Shown here piece by piece: positions 1-11,544 of a stretch of 64,000 nucleotides of DNA. Every line of letters starts with the position of its first letter. Position 1 is the stretch's first letter. The notes under the pieces are model-generated. The model was not told the DNA's origin and made no database searches. It was given only the letters and a program-made list of their open reading frames with translations. A program made the translations under genes and the position numbers. Where the stretch lies: NCBI GenBank assembly GCA_021736255.1, contig JAIPGG010000001.1, positions 11,506-75,505 on the forward strand, given 5' to 3'. The stretch is from Spirochaetales bacterium (lineage in GTDB: Bacteria > Spirochaetota > Spirochaetia > JAIPGG01).

Positions 1-806
1 ATGACGTAAGGCCGCTGCTTCCCCTGTTTTTTAACAACGGGCGATTCTATCTTCTCCTGCTCAATCTTCATGGATGCCGGCTTTACCATGCCACCCGGTA
101 CACTCTCCAAAAAATTCCGTATAAAGAGTTAGAGAGGACAATGGAAGAAGTATTAAAGTATGATGTCCCGGAAAAACAGATTCAGTTTCATACCCAAACC
201 GGAAATGCGGCAGGCCGCAGGGCAGCCGTGTACCATGGTCAGGGTGTGGGTACCGAGCAGTCGGACGAAAAAGAAAAGATGCTGCCTTATCTGGGGGCAG
301 TGGAAAACAGGGTTACAAAACTGATAAACAGCGATACTATTCCGCTTCTGCTTGCAGGAGACGAACATCTGGTAGGATATTACAGAAGAGTGAATAACTA
401 TCATAATCTTCCTGATCAGGCAATAAAAAAGAACAGTAAGGAGCAGGACCCTGAAGAGTTTCACAATGCAGCATGGGAATTGCTGAAAGACACCTTTGAA
501 AACTCGAGAGAAAATGTTTTGCAAAGATACAACGAATATGCCGGTACCGATTATGCTGCAGAAGGGCTTGAAACGATTCTTCCCGCCGCTTTTGAGGGAA
601 GAATTCATGAGCTCCTCGTGCCGAAGAAAAAGGAAAAAAACGGGAGTTCTAATCCTGAAAATTTCCGGTTGGATTTTTCCCGTTGGGACTCAGAGACGGA
701 TTTGCTCGAAGCCGCTGTAAAACAGACCCTGCTTAATAATGGTAAGGTTGTAAACCTTGATGAACCGGAACTTCCGGGGAAATCGGAAGCTGCGGCGATT
801 TTTTGA
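1..806 (+). CDS. baeRF3/baeRF7-type bacterial archaeo-eukaryotic release factor family protein (5'-partial)
   Basis: Frame is open from position 3 (DVRPLLPLFFNNGRFYLLLLNLHGCRLYHATRY...) into the 141..806 ORF. Motifs PLLLAG, PAAFEGRIHELLV and DLLEAAVKQTLLNNGKV are typical of baeRF proteins. Confidence 0.75.
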   Translation, partial: DVRPLLPLFFNNGRFYLLLLNLHGCRLYHATRYTLQKIPYKELERTMEEVLKYDVPEKQIQFHTQTGNAAGRRAAVYHGQGVGTEQSDEKEKMLPYLGAVENRVTKLINSDTIPLLLAGDEHLVGYYRRVNNYHNLPDQAIKKNSKEQDPEEFHNAAWELLKDTFENSRENVLQRYNEYAGTDYAAEGLETILPAAFEGRIHELLVPKKKEKNGSSNPENFRLDFSRWDSETDLLEAAVKQTLLNNGKVVNLDEPELPGKSEAAAIF

Positions 807-853
807 TACTAAATTCAGTGCCGGAAGACGGCATGAAAAAGGGGACGCACAGT

Positions 854-1852
854 ATGGAGCCGAAAAAATATTTGGCGTATGTAATCGAGGAGAAAGACGG
901 GACCTATACCCGGGAATTACAAACCCGGGATATCGAGGAACTGCCGCCGGGCGAGCTTTTGGTGGAGGTGCATTATACCTCGGTGAATTATAAGGACGCC
1001 CTTTCCGCCACGGGCAACAAAGGAGTTACAAAGGAGTACCCCCACACACCAGGAATTGATGCAGCAGGGGTTGTAGTTTCTTCTGATTCCGAGGATTTCA
1101 ACGAAAACGACGAGGTAATCGTAACCAGTTACGATCTGGGCATGAACACAGCCGGCGGATTCGGGCAGTATATCAGAGTGCCCGCCGAGTGGGCTGTACG
1201 ACTGCCTGAAGGCCTTTCCCTCAAAGAGGCCATGGTTATTGGAACCGCCGGCCTGACCGCGGCGATTTCAGTTTTGCGCCTTTTTGAAAAGGTAACACCC
1301 GATCAAGGCCCTATCGGTGTTTCCGGGGCTACCGGAGGTGTCGGTTCAATGGCAATATCCATTCTTTCCCGCCTCGGCTACGAGGTATCAGCGATAACCG
1401 GCAAGGAAGAAGAGGAGGATTATCTCCGGCGGATAGGCGCCGACCGGATTGTAAACCGCCGGGAATTCTCGGAAAAAAGCAAACGGCCTTTACTCAAATC
1501 CGCTTTTGCCGGGACCATAGACACGGTGGGGGGACTGATTCTGGAAAACCTCATCAAATCGACAAAACCTCAGGGTATTGTTACCTGTTGCGGGAATGCT
1601 GCTTCGGCAGAATTAAACCTGACAGTCTACCCCTTCATCCTGCGGGGAGTGTCCCTTGCCGGGGTGGATTCTCAAAACTATCCAATAACTGAAAGAGATG
1701 CCCTCTGGAGGCAGCTCGCCGAACAGTGGAAACCCCTGCCTATGCTCGATGAGTATCGGGAGATCGGTTTTCATGAGCTCGACGAGGTGATTGATTCACT
1801 CCTTGCAGGCAGGGGAAAGGGCCGGACAGTCCTGGACCTGAGGCGGAAATAA
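854..1852 (+). CDS. YhdH/YhfP (AcuI-like) NADPH-dependent quinone/acrylyl-CoA oxidoreductase, MDR family
   Basis: SVNYKDAL, PHTPGIDAAG, GATGGVGS, TVYPFILRGVSLAGVDS. ATG at 854 is preferred over the 803 start. Confidence 0.9.
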   Translation: MEPKKYLAYVIEEKDGTYTRELQTRDIEELPPGELLVEVHYTSVNYKDALSATGNKGVTKEYPHTPGIDAAGVVVSSDSEDFNENDEVIVTSYDLGMNTAGGFGQYIRVPAEWAVRLPEGLSLKEAMVIGTAGLTAAISVLRLFEKVTPDQGPIGVSGATGGVGSMAISILSRLGYEVSAITGKEEEEDYLRRIGADRIVNRREFSEKSKRPLLKSAFAGTIDTVGGLILENLIKSTKPQGIVTCCGNAASAELNLTVYPFILRGVSLAGVDSQNYPITERDALWRQLAEQWKPLPMLDEYREIGFHELDEVIDSLLAGRGKGRTVLDLRRK

Positions 1853-1866
1853 CCGATCGCATCATA

Positions 1867-1895
1867 TTGACAGAGCTTTTCCTCGAAATTAGGGT
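1867..1895 (+). promoter_or_regulatory. Putative sigma70 promoter directly before the MCP start codon
   Basis: TTGACA-17 bp-TAGGGT, then ATG 8 nt later with no Shine-Dalgarno (SD). Confidence 0.55.
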
Positions 1896-1903
1896 CTACA
1901 CTT

Positions 1904-3463
1904 ATGGAAAAACAAAGCATAAATAGCATCGAAGAGGATTTAGGAAAGCTGAAGAATGCGGTAGCCGGTTTCATAACCGACATAGCGCAAATCTCGGATG
2001 TCAATGACGCATTTGTCCAAGAAATTCTCGAGGCCTCAAAAAAGAACAGCATCTCCATCGAGGATGTCTTCGGTGAACTCAAGGAGGTAAAAGAGGGTTC
2101 TCAGGATATTTACAAACGGGTTGATGACTCGGGTCGAACCATCCATCAGAGTATGGGGGATATCAACCAATCGATTACATCGATGAGCGGTATTATCTCC
2201 TCCCTGTTCGAGAAATTCCATGAGTTGAAAAGTATTTTCAGCAAGGTCGAGGATGCAAGCAAGAATGTGATAGAGAGAATTGCCGAGGTGGAAGATGTTG
2301 CCGACCTGACTCACATGCTTGCCCTGAATGCTGCTATAGAGGCCGCCCGGGCAGGGGAGGAGGGAAAGGGATTTTCGGTAGTTGCCAAGGAGGTCCGTTC
2401 TCTTGCCGAACGGAGCAAGAAGATCTCCGGGGAGGCTGCTGATATTGTAACTACCCTGCGGGAGCACCTGAGGCAATCCGATACGTCACTTTCCGAATAT
2501 GAAAAGATACAGCGCAATGCCTCAGAAGCAGCTGCTTCTACGGAGAACAATCTCGAATCCACTACGCAGAGTATCGATACGGTACTGAATGAAGTAGACA
2601 GCATCAAAACAATAGTCGGCCATCAAACGGAGGAAATCGAATCGATGTTTTCCGAGATGGCCGGGGTTCGGGAAAATGTACTTTTCATGGAATCGAGTTC
2701 GAACAAGATCGTGAAGAACATGAAGCTGCAGCAGAACAAGGTGCAAAAGATCCAATCCAAAATTGAAGATAGGTTTGCAGCCCACGAAGGAACAAGAAAA
2801 GAACAAGCCTCCATTATTGTGGGTCATGACAGCGCCTATCCTCCCTGGGTTTACCTGGAAGACGGAGAGAGCAGGGGTGTCAGTATCGATGCGGTCAAGG
2901 ATATTGCAGGCAAGCTCTCGATAGACGCGGATTATTATCCCAACCAGTGGGCGAATGTGTATCCGGCGCTGTTGAACAAAAAGATCGATCTGGTAGTGAA
3001 CGTGGGCTGGCCGAACGATCAGATCGATACGCAGAAGGTTATCGCTACCTCGCCCTATGAACACTTTGAAACAACCCTTTTTATCAAACGGGAAGACTAC
3101 GAAAAACGAGAAGGCGGTATCAGAGTCCAAGAGCTCGAGGGAAAAAAGGTTACCGCCCAGAGCGGTTCCTACACGGACCAGGACCTCGCAGAAACCGGCT
3201 GCGAGATCGTGTATGTAGACAACGACATCCAGGCCTTCGTCAAGCTCATCTGGAACAAGGTCTATGCCGTTGCCACCGACCGCCGGGTGGGAGAGCATAT
3301 CTCCGAGGTTTTTTTCGAGAACGAGATCGTACCGGCCTCCGATCCCCTCGGCAAGACCGATGTGGTCATGATCTGCAGGCGAGAGGACCAGGAGCTCTAC
3401 CGGAAGATCGAGGACGCCTTGAGGTACAGGGAGCAGAGTATAAAGCCTGCAATGAAGAGGTAA
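1904..3463 (+). CDS. Soluble methyl-accepting chemotaxis protein with C-terminal family-3 solute-binding domain
   Basis: MCP tip [34 protein letters not shown]-terminal [26 protein letters not shown]...W...[10 protein letters not shown] is SBP_bac_3-like. No transmembrane segment. Confidence 0.85.
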   Translation: MEKQSINSIEEDLGKLKNAVAGFITDIAQISDVNDAFVQEILEASKKNSISIEDVFGELKEVKEGSQDIYKRVDDSGRTIHQSMGDINQSITSMSGIISSLFEKFHELKSIFSKVEDASKNVIERIAEVEDVADLTHMLALNAAIEAARAGEEGKGFSVVAKEVRSLAERSKKISGEAADIVTTLREHLRQSDTSLSEYEKIQRNASEAAASTENNLESTTQSIDTVLNEVDSIKTIVGHQTEEIESMFSEMAGVRENVLFMESSSNKIVKNMKLQQNKVQKIQSKIEDRFAAHEGTRKEQASIIVGHDSAYPPWVYLEDGESRGVSIDAVKDIAGKLSIDADYYPNQWANVYPALLNKKIDLVVNVGWPNDQIDTQKVIATSPYEHFETTLFIKREDYEKREGGIRVQELEGKKVTAQSGSYTDQDLAETGCEIVYVDNDIQAFVKLIWNKVYAVATDRRVGEHISEVFFENEIVPASDPLGKTDVVMICRREDQELYRKIEDALRYREQSIKPAMKR

Positions 3464-3553
3464 ACGGCAAGCAGTCCCGAAAAAACAAACCGCACATATC
3501 TGAATTTGCTCCTGGGCAGTCTTGCTAGTATGCTTAATGAAAAGGGAGTTACT

Positions 3554-6436
3554 ATGTTTTTTATTCTAGGTGTTCTTTTCCTTCTGGCGGGAGCTATTCC
3601 GCTTATCCTTACATTAAAACGGCGCGATTCTTACTCGGAGGATCAATTCCGCCATAAACTGAAAAAGGCGGTGATCGTCCTCATTGTTGATATTGCGGCA
3701 TTGATCATCATAAACGTTTATTTTTTCTTTTTTACAGATTTTCTCTGGTTTAAATCACTCGGATACGAGAACCGTTTTCTGCTCGTATTGCAAACCCGGA
3801 TTGTTCTCTTTTTTATCGGTGCCGCCATTGCCTATGTGTTTTACTCCTCTCATGTTCGAGCATCCCGCCTGGTCGGAGGAGCGGATATTCCCACGGCTAC
3901 TGCATTGCCGGTAGTGATCGTGTTGACTGTTATCAGCGCCGTCTGGGCTTCAAACCTGTGGGACAGTTATCTGCTGTTTGCAAATCAGGCGGAGACCAGC
4001 CTCACAGATCCGATTTTTGGTCAGTCGATTTCGTTTTATCTGTTCTCCCTGTCGTTTCTTTCAAACGTAGTTGGCTGGTTTATCTTCCTTTTTGTTGTTT
4101 CGATTGCCGTTCTGGGATTTCTTGCCAACGGAATCAACAACAAACTGAACAGCCCGGCGGAAGAAGAAAACGCTATGCTGAACCAGCAGATGAATTTGAT
4201 CGTTCAGCGTTTGCTTCTTCTCGGGGGCTTCTTGTTTCTGCTGATAGCCTTTAACACCTATTTGGGTATTTTCCGGCTTCTGTATTCTCCCGAAGGAGTA
4301 GTTACCGGAGCAGGCTGGACGGATATTCATGTGCGTCTCCCAGCTCACTATGTCTCTGTTGTCGTCTTTGCTTTGCTCGGTGTTTTATTGATTATCGGGG
4401 GTTTCAAGCGTTCGTTTCTAGCGAAACTCTTTGCATTACGTACTGATTCAAACAATAAAATAAAAACCTCACGGGCCACCTGGATCTTCCCTGCCGGTGT
4501 TATAGCGGTGCTCGTACTTGCAAATGGGATAATCCCTGCTCTTGTTCAGAGCGTAATCGTCGAACCAAATGAATTAACAAAAGAGCAGCAATATATTCCG
4601 CATAATATAGATAATACCCGTAAGGCATATGGAATCGACGAAGAGCGGATTACCTCCCGGACGTACGAAGTCGGAACCGATGTTGACCGGACCATTACCG
4701 AACAGAATCAGAGCACTATAGATAATATCCGGTTGTGGGACTGGCGGGCCCTTCGAAGCAACCTGCAGCAGCAGCAGGAAATGCGGCTATACTACAATTT
4801 CCATGATGTGGATATAGACAGGTATAACTTCGGAGGTGATTATCGGCAGGTTATGCTCTCGGTGCGGGAAATGGAAAAAGCAGATTTGGCGCCGGAATCG
4901 CAAACCTGGATGAACCGTCACTTGAAATATACGCACGGTTACGGATTGGTCATGATTGATTCCCATGAATTCAAAACCCAGGGCGGTCCTCAACTGCTGG
5001 TAAAAGGTATACCCCCGGAGGAGACAGTCGAGGATTTCACTATAGAACGGCCTCAGATTTACTATGGGGAGCGAACGAATGACCATGTTTATGCAAACAC
5101 AACACAGCAGGAATTCGACTATCCCAGCGGGGACGAGAATAAATATACCGACTACACAGGAAAAGGCGGCGTAGTACTGGATTCTTTTTGGAAGCGGTTT
5201 GTCTATGCCTGGAAGTTCGACGGCTACAGACAGCTGTTTTCCGGTTATTTCACCCGGGAGAGCCGGGTTATGTATAACAGAAACATCCTCAGCAGGGTGA
5301 AGCGTCTGGCCCCTTTCCTGCGGTTGAGTTCCGACCCCTATGCGGTCGTTACCGACAAGGGAGAGATAAAATATATCGTCGATGCCTACACTGTCTCCCG
5401 TCACTATCCCTATTCCGAAGCCTACAGGGGGTCAATGCAGCAATATGCCGGGATCAACTACATTCGCAATTCAGTCAAGGTTGTTGTCGATGCCTACAAC
5501 GGAGAGACTACTTTTTATCTGATGGAACCGGATGATATAATTGCCACTACCTACGGAAACATGTTTCCCGAGCTTTTTCGCCCCTTCGAGAAGATGCCGG
5601 AATATCTCAAGAAGCATATACGGTATCCCGCGGAATACTTCACAATTCAGGCGGAAATGTACCGCACCTACCACATGACCGATGTCGGCGCCTTTTACCA
5701 GAGGGAGGATGTCTGGGAATTCGCTACCGAGAGGTACGGGGAGGGATTTCTCCCTGTTCAGCCCTACTATATCATGGTCCATTTTCCCGAAGAAGAACAA
5801 ATGGAATATGTTATCATGCTTCCCTTCACTCCAAAAAACAAAAACGTTATTAATGCCTGGCTTGCAGGCCGTTCCGACGTTCCGAACTACGGAAAGGTAA
5901 TGTCTTTTGCGTTTCCCAAAGGAGTGGAAGTGCTCGGACCGAGGCAAATCGAAGCAAGAATCGATCAGGATTCAGAGATGTCGAGGAATCTGAGTCTTTG
6001 GAGTCAGCAGGGCTCGGATGTAATACGCGGTAATCTCCTTGCCGTCCCTCTGTTCAAAGAAGAAACCATGTACATCATGTTTGCCGAATCGATTTTCATT
6101 CAGGCCGAAGGAGCCAAACTTCCCGAAATCAAGCGGGTTGCCCTGGCGGATCAGGAGCAGGTTGTGTGGGCTGAAACATTCGAGGCCAGCCTCCGAAAGC
6201 TTGCCGGCGTTGCAGCCCCTCCCTCTGAGCAGGCAGCCGGAGAAGCGGCACAGGCGGCTGCAGCCGCAGGAGGCGAGAAGCGGGTTGTCTTGCCGCAGGA
6301 TCTGCAGAATAAGATCGACGAAGCGGTAAGCACCTTCGAAGCCTATACCGACGCTGTTTCTCAGTCCAATTTCCAGGAGGCCGGAGAAAAACTCGACACC
6401 CTAAAAGGACTCATTCAGGAATTGAAGGACCGATAG
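3554..6436 (+). CDS. UPF0182 family membrane protein
   Basis: [60 protein letters not shown] before ATG 3554. Confidence 0.92.
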   Translation: MFFILGVLFLLAGAIPLILTLKRRDSYSEDQFRHKLKKAVIVLIVDIAALIIINVYFFFFTDFLWFKSLGYENRFLLVLQTRIVLFFIGAAIAYVFYSSHVRASRLVGGADIPTATALPVVIVLTVISAVWASNLWDSYLLFANQAETSLTDPIFGQSISFYLFSLSFLSNVVGWFIFLFVVSIAVLGFLANGINNKLNSPAEEENAMLNQQMNLIVQRLLLLGGFLFLLIAFNTYLGIFRLLYSPEGVVTGAGWTDIHVRLPAHYVSVVVFALLGVLLIIGGFKRSFLAKLFALRTDSNNKIKTSRATWIFPAGVIAVLVLANGIIPALVQSVIVEPNELTKEQQYIPHNIDNTRKAYGIDEERITSRTYEVGTDVDRTITEQNQSTIDNIRLWDWRALRSNLQQQQEMRLYYNFHDVDIDRYNFGGDYRQVMLSVREMEKADLAPESQTWMNRHLKYTHGYGLVMIDSHEFKTQGGPQLLVKGIPPEETVEDFTIERPQIYYGERTNDHVYANTTQQEFDYPSGDENKYTDYTGKGGVVLDSFWKRFVYAWKFDGYRQLFSGYFTRESRVMYNRNILSRVKRLAPFLRLSSDPYAVVTDKGEIKYIVDAYTVSRHYPYSEAYRGSMQQYAGINYIRNSVKVVVDAYNGETTFYLMEPDDIIATTYGNMFPELFRPFEKMPEYLKKHIRYPAEYFTIQAEMYRTYHMTDVGAFYQREDVWEFATERYGEGFLPVQPYYIMVHFPEEEQMEYVIMLPFTPKNKNVINAWLAGRSDVPNYGKVMSFAFPKGVEVLGPRQIEARIDQDSEMSRNLSLWSQQGSDVIRGNLLAVPLFKEETMYIMFAESIFIQAEGAKLPEIKRVALADQEQVVWAETFEASLRKLAGVAAPPSEQAAGEAAQAAAAAGGEKRVVLPQDLQNKIDEAVSTFEAYTDAVSQSNFQEAGEKLDTLKGLIQELKDR

Positions 6437-6518
6437 AGAAACCGGCTGTGCAAATTGCAATCCTCCCCCCACCCAGGTTAGACTGTTTGCAGTCGAAACC
6501 TGTGGGGCGGGAGTGCAT

Positions 6519-6791
6519 ATGACAGAAAAAGAACAATTCTCCTGCCGGGCCGGCTGCGGAGCCTGCTGCATCGCCCTGTCGATTTCCTCTCCGATTCCGG
6601 GTATGCCGGAGGGAAAGCCTGCCGGTGTGCGATGTGTGCAGCTCTCCGAGGACAACCGCTGCGCTCTTTTCGGGGAACCCGAAAGACCGGAGGTCTGTGT
6701 CAAGCTTGTACCCAGTCGCGAGATGTGCGGACACTCCCGGGAAGAGGCGATGGACAACCTTTCCGAGCTCGAAGAAGCCACACAGCCCTAG
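6519..6791 (+). CDS. YkgJ family cysteine-cluster protein
   Basis: [31 protein letters not shown]...C...RPEVC. Confidence 0.88.
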   Translation: MTEKEQFSCRAGCGACCIALSISSPIPGMPEGKPAGVRCVQLSEDNRCALFGEPERPEVCVKLVPSREMCGHSREEAMDNLSELEEATQP

Positions 6792-6799
6792 ACGGATCG

Positions 6800-8392
6800 T
6801 CAGATGCGGCTGTTCATAATGTAGAATGGGTCGTAATCGAGCTCATCCCATCCTTCGTACCACTGATAATAATAGGGCTTGATCTTCTGCAGGGCTTCTG
6901 CAAACCGGCGCTGTTCAGCACTGATCCCCCGTTCAGCCTGCCTGCGGACCTCTTCGTAAAGGGCCTGAACATCCACCGTCAAGATCCGGCGATCTTCCAT
7001 GACTACCTTGCCCCCGACGATCGCCGTGTTTACGTGCGAACCCTTTGCCCGGTGAATAAATACCTCCGCCATGTTCAGATCCGGCGCCATCCAGGGGTCG
7101 TTCATGATCTCCTCTAGATCGACCAGGATCATGTCGGCCTTCATTCCCGGCCGCAGAGCGCCGATCTCGCCGGCAAACCCGCAAACCCGGGCGCCGTTGA
7201 CCGTTCCCATCTGCAGCACATCGAAGGCGTCCAGAGCCGGGGTGTTTTGCAGGTCGAAGCCGCCCACCCGGTGGAGCCGGTGGATCAGCCGGAGCTCCAT
7301 GATCGCATCCTCATCGTCGTTGATTCCCTTGTCGTCAAGACCCAGGGCAACGTTTACCCCTGCTTCCTTTAAAAAGAGCACCGGCGAGATCCCGTTTCGC
7401 ACCGCCAGATTGCAGCTCGGGTGGTGGGTCGTCGATGCCCCGTGTTTCGCGAGCAGCTCGATGTCCGATTCGGTCAAGAAGACCGCGTGTCCGAGGACCA
7501 GATTCTTGTCTACCAGGCCAATATCATCCATGTGGGCCAGGAGAGACTTTCCATACATGCGAAGCCCGTAGGCCTTCTGAACCGGGGTCTGCAGAGTGTG
7601 CAGATGGATCGGGAGTCCCCCGAGTTCGTCCGCCCGGACCTTTACCCGCTGAAGAAATTTATCGGTGGCCCCCATGGCCCAGCTTGGTCCCAGGATGAGG
7701 CGGGTCTCTTCCCCGTTGTAGGATTTGTACAGGTTTTCGAAGAGGTCCATGTAAGCATCGGCAAAGGCCTCTTTATCGTAAAAGACCATCGACCGGGTAA
7801 ACTCCTGAAGCTCCGGCGGCAAAGTTTCGAAAAAACCCTCATCATCCAGGGCCAATCTATTCATGTCCCGTCCGCCCGGGGAATAAGCCAGCCGGATACC
7901 CGCTTCGAGCGATCCCTCGATTACCTTCTCTGCGTTCTCGAGGATATTCGGCTCCTCCCCCCAGTTGTTGTGATGCCGGGTCGTGCAGCCGTTTCTCAGA
8001 TGACGGACAGCGCTCATCATTGATGAGAGTGCCGGATCCAACCCCCGCATAAAGGCCCAATCGATCAGCCCGTTCTCGAGGAAATCCAGGGGAATTCCCT
8101 GCTGTGTCAGCGTGAGCCCCCAGCCGTGACTGTGACTGTCCACCAGCCCCGGCATCAAAAGCTGTTTTCCGTTTCCCTTGACTGCAGCCCCGGGATATTT
8201 CTCCTTCAGGTCCCGGTAGTCTCCGACCTCGCTCACCAACCCTTCTTTGCAGTACACCGCCGCATCGTTGAGAATCCCCGATTCCCCTGCCGCCGGGTCG
8301 CTGATGAGATATTTCCCTCGGATCAGTAGTTCCCTGTCCCGATTGTCGGGCTTCCTCGATTTTCGCTCGGTTTCCGATTTATGTTTTGCCAT
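6800..8392 (-). CDS. Metal-dependent amidohydrolase (MTA/SAH deaminase-AtzA/TrzA family)
   Basis: MPGLVDSHSH, IHLH, LGHAV, HHPSCNL, LGLDD, GALRPGMKADMILVD. AGGAGG SD. Confidence 0.85.
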   Translation of the reverse strand: MAKHKSETERKSRKPDNRDRELLIRGKYLISDPAAGESGILNDAAVYCKEGLVSEVGDYRDLKEKYPGAAVKGNGKQLLMPGLVDSHSHGWGLTLTQQGIPLDFLENGLIDWAFMRGLDPALSSMMSAVRHLRNGCTTRHHNNWGEEPNILENAEKVIEGSLEAGIRLAYSPGGRDMNRLALDDEGFFETLPPELQEFTRSMVFYDKEAFADAYMDLFENLYKSYNGEETRLILGPSWAMGATDKFLQRVKVRADELGGLPIHLHTLQTPVQKAYGLRMYGKSLLAHMDDIGLVDKNLVLGHAVFLTESDIELLAKHGASTTHHPSCNLAVRNGISPVLFLKEAGVNVALGLDDKGINDDEDAIMELRLIHRLHRVGGFDLQNTPALDAFDVLQMGTVNGARVCGFAGEIGALRPGMKADMILVDLEEIMNDPWMAPDLNMAEVFIHRAKGSHVNTAIVGGKVVMEDRRILTVDVQALYEEVRRQAERGISAEQRRFAEALQKIKPYYYQWYEGWDELDYDPFYIMNSRI

Positions 8393-8606
8393 CTTACGCC
8401 TCCTGATATCGATATTTCATGATAGACCATTCTCGCCGGAGCGCAAGACGCCAAAACTGAACTTTTCACAAATATGCAGGCAGACAAAAAGGCAATCGAC
8501 CGGCGGCCGGTAGTATTCCTCTTTCTCAGATACTGAATACATGCGAAACTCGATACTATAGTGCCTATGATGCTCACCATACGGGAGAGTATGCCGGGAG
8601 GAATGA

Positions 8607-9134
8607 ATGAAGATACACATTGTTTATTATTCCCACAGCGGGAACAATGAAGCACTTGCCGCGGAGCTGCAGCGTCGCCTCGGATGCGAAGTAACCCAGA
8701 TCATGGACGCAAAAAGGCGGACAGGTTTTTCTCTGTTCCTCGATTCCTTTTTCGATCGCAAGCTCCCTTTTCAGATTCGGGGGCCGCATCCTGATTTTAC
8801 CGGTCTTGTTATATTTGTCGGACCCGTTTGGAACTACCGCATCGGAGCTCCCCTGAAGAACTACATCCGTTCTATTAGCGGCGAGCTCGGCAAGTTCGCC
8901 TTTCTGACGATTTGCACCGGCAGGAAGAGGCAGCATCAAAAACTCAACCGGCAGCTCCTTGAATTAACCGGTCGTGAGCCGAGGGCTATAGCCGAGCTCT
9001 GTGTAAATGATCTTCTGCCGGAAAAGCATCGTGGAAAGATAAAGTATGCCGGCAGCTATCAAGTAGGCGAGGAGGCCCTTCGTTACTTTGATGCATCGCT
9101 GCGGGATTTTCTCAATCATCTAGCTGTAAATTAG
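8607..9134 (+). CDS. Flavodoxin family protein
   Basis: IVYYSHSGNNEALA FMN-phosphate loop; VGPVW. Confidence 0.8.
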   Translation: MKIHIVYYSHSGNNEALAAELQRRLGCEVTQIMDAKRRTGFSLFLDSFFDRKLPFQIRGPHPDFTGLVIFVGPVWNYRIGAPLKNYIRSISGELGKFAFLTICTGRKRQHQKLNRQLLELTGREPRAIAELCVNDLLPEKHRGKIKYAGSYQVGEEALRYFDASLRDFLNHLAVN

Positions 9135-9274
9135 GCTGGTATATCGCGCCGGATCTATTCGGGGTCACGGCTGTGCCGGATCGTGGTGATAGTTCAAGCC
9201 ATTGTGTTCTATCTCCACGATCGGGGGCACTAACCCTCTGTTTCAGCCGGAATACTTTTGTTACAATTACCTCG

Positions 9275-10348
9275 ATGCATCTGACCGAGATTTCTTTGCC
9301 GGAACTCTATCATACATCGGGCAGCAGCAGCCTCTTCCAGAGTGCTTTCTGGGGAAAATTCAAATGGAATGTCGGCCATGAGGTTCGTTCCTTCCGGGTC
9401 GAGTTTCGCGGTGAATACCGGAATCTGATTGTCGTTTTCCGCTCGTTTACCGGAGAAAGCTGTTTCGGCTATGTACCCTATGGGCCGGACGTGGATTTGC
9501 CCGAGGATTCCCACGGATTCTTTCTCGAAGAGATTGCTGAAAATCTGCGACCGCAGATGCCGGCAGGCTGCGTTTTTCTTCGCTTTGATCTGCCCTGGCA
9601 GAGCCCCTATTACAATGTTTACCCGGCGAAAACTGGTGGTGATGATGAGGTTCCCGATTCCAGGTTGCGTGAGCTTCGAATGAACTTCGGCAGCGCCTAC
9701 CGGAATCTCCGCAAGGCGCCTACCGACATGCAGCCGGTGGACACGGTCCTTATCGATCTCAGCCTGCCGGAGGACAAGCTCTTCCGCCGGTTTAAGCAGA
9801 AAACCCGATACAATATCCGTCTTGCAGAAAGAAAGGGCCTGCGGGTCAACTCTGCGCCGGTCGATTCGCTCTCTAGATGGTACGATTTGTATCGACTGAC
9901 GACCGAACGCAAGGGAATCGTTACCGAGGATTACTCCTACTTCGAACGACTTATTACTACCTCCCGGCATTGGATGCCGGACATCCAGCTGCTTCAGGCA
10001 TTCCATGGCGATACGGTGGTTGCAGGCATCCTGGCCGCGTTTTTCAAAGACCGTGCCTATTATCTCTACGGCGCTTCGGATTATTCACAGCGCCATCTTA
10101 TGGCACCCCAGCTGCTTCAGTGGGAAGCGATTCGCATGGCCGCAAGGCGGGGCTGCCGCTGGTACGATCTCTTCGGGATCCCCCCAACAGGCGAGCGTCA
10201 CCATCCGATGCACGGCTTGTACCGTTTCAAGACCAGCTTCGGCGGCCGGATCTATCACTGGCGTGGCTGCTGGGATTATCCCCTGGAACCCGATCGGTAC
10301 GACGGTTCCGTACTGCCTGCCGCACTTTTGAACCAGTATCACCTCTGA
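9275..10348 (+). CDS. FemAB/FemX-family peptidoglycan bridge aminoacyl transferase
   Basis: FQSAFWG, YVPYGP, KQKTRYNIRLAERKG, YYLYGAS, WYDLFG, GLYRFKTSFGG. Start chosen from extended -10 TGTTACAAT located 7 nt upstream. Confidence 0.88.
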   Translation: MHLTEISLPELYHTSGSSSLFQSAFWGKFKWNVGHEVRSFRVEFRGEYRNLIVVFRSFTGESCFGYVPYGPDVDLPEDSHGFFLEEIAENLRPQMPAGCVFLRFDLPWQSPYYNVYPAKTGGDDEVPDSRLRELRMNFGSAYRNLRKAPTDMQPVDTVLIDLSLPEDKLFRRFKQKTRYNIRLAERKGLRVNSAPVDSLSRWYDLYRLTTERKGIVTEDYSYFERLITTSRHWMPDIQLLQAFHGDTVVAGILAAFFKDRAYYLYGASDYSQRHLMAPQLLQWEAIRMAARRGCRWYDLFGIPPTGERHHPMHGLYRFKTSFGGRIYHWRGCWDYPLEPDRYDGSVLPAALLNQYHL

Positions 10349-10440
10349 TTTTTCTCGTCTGACGGCAATATACGACGAAATTCCGATAGCTTGCTGAATC
10401 GATTTTCCACACTATAGAACTCCGAACAGGAGAGGTGGAT

Positions 10441-11544
10441 ATGAAAAGAAAAGCAAAGAAAGACAACAGAGGTTTTTGGGTAAAGGTTTCGGCGGCTGCA
10501 GTCCTTTCGGGGCTGCTGGGGTTTGCTGTCGTCGGTTGTGCCGGTACCGATCCGATCACGGATGAGAGGGGAAACCCGGTGGAGGGAAGTATTTCCTCCC
10601 TGGAGAAGGTAATGATCGGCGGTACGGAACAAAGCATTTTGATTCGCGGGCATGACCGGGAAGCACCGGTCCTTCTCTGGCTGGCCGGAGGACCGGGTGG
10701 ATCAGAGTTGGGCTGGACACGAAAGTATCTGAATGAGCTGGAGCGGGATGTCGTTTTTGTGAATTGGGAGCAGCCGGGGGCCGGCAAGTCCTTTTATGCC
10801 GCAGATTATTCAACAATCGAAATCCAGGACTATGTGGATGATTTGGTTGAATTATCCCTTTATCTGGCAAAGCAATTTGGAAAGGACCGAATTTTTCTTG
10901 CCGGACACTCTTGGGGATCCATTATCGGGCTGATGGCAGCTGAACAGCGTCCTGACCTTTTTCACGCTTATATTGCGGTAGCACAACACGTGAATGCAAT
11001 AGAAAACGATCGTATTGGATACCGGATGGTTCTCGAAGGAGCCCGTAAGCGTGGGCATCAAGCGGTGGTCGATCGGCTCAAAGAGTTCGGCCCTCCTCCT
11101 TACAAGAGGGAACATGGAGAACGGTACATCTATCTCTTTCAGAAACTACCGGCATATACTCCCGCTCCTGCGGGATTGAAGGAGCCTGCATTCAAGGAGA
11201 TGGCATTTCCCGAGGAATATTCATTGTTGGACAGCCTCTTGATGGTCCGTGGTCTGTTATTGGGAGTGAAGAATGTCTATCCCCAGTTGGCGGATCTGGA
11301 TTTCGAACGAAGCACCAAGGTTTTAAAATTGCCGGTCTTTTTTATGACAGGCCGTTACGATGAAACCTGTGATCAGGATATCGCCTATCGTTACTTCCAG
11401 GGGCTCGAAGCCCCGAAGAAGGAGTTTTTCTGGTTCGAAAAATCTGGGCACAATCTGTGCTATCAGGAAAATGATTACTTTATCAAGCTGATTCGGGAAG
11501 AGGTTCTTCCCGTAGCCCTTAATAGTAAAGGAGAATACAAATGA
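10441..11544 (+). CDS. Exported/lipoprotein alpha/beta hydrolase (proline iminopeptidase-like)
   Basis: LWLAGGPGGS, GHSWGS nucleophile elbow, GRYD, FEKSGH. Signal peptide with possible lipobox VVGC. Confidence 0.85.
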   Translation: MKRKAKKDNRGFWVKVSAAAVLSGLLGFAVVGCAGTDPITDERGNPVEGSISSLEKVMIGGTEQSILIRGHDREAPVLLWLAGGPGGSELGWTRKYLNELERDVVFVNWEQPGAGKSFYAADYSTIEIQDYVDDLVELSLYLAKQFGKDRIFLAGHSWGSIIGLMAAEQRPDLFHAYIAVAQHVNAIENDRIGYRMVLEGARKRGHQAVVDRLKEFGPPPYKREHGERYIYLFQKLPAYTPAPAGLKEPAFKEMAFPEEYSLLDSLLMVRGLLLGVKNVYPQLADLDFERSTKVLKLPVFFMTGRYDETCDQDIAYRYFQGLEAPKKEFFWFEKSGHNLCYQENDYFIKLIREEVLPVALNSKGEYK

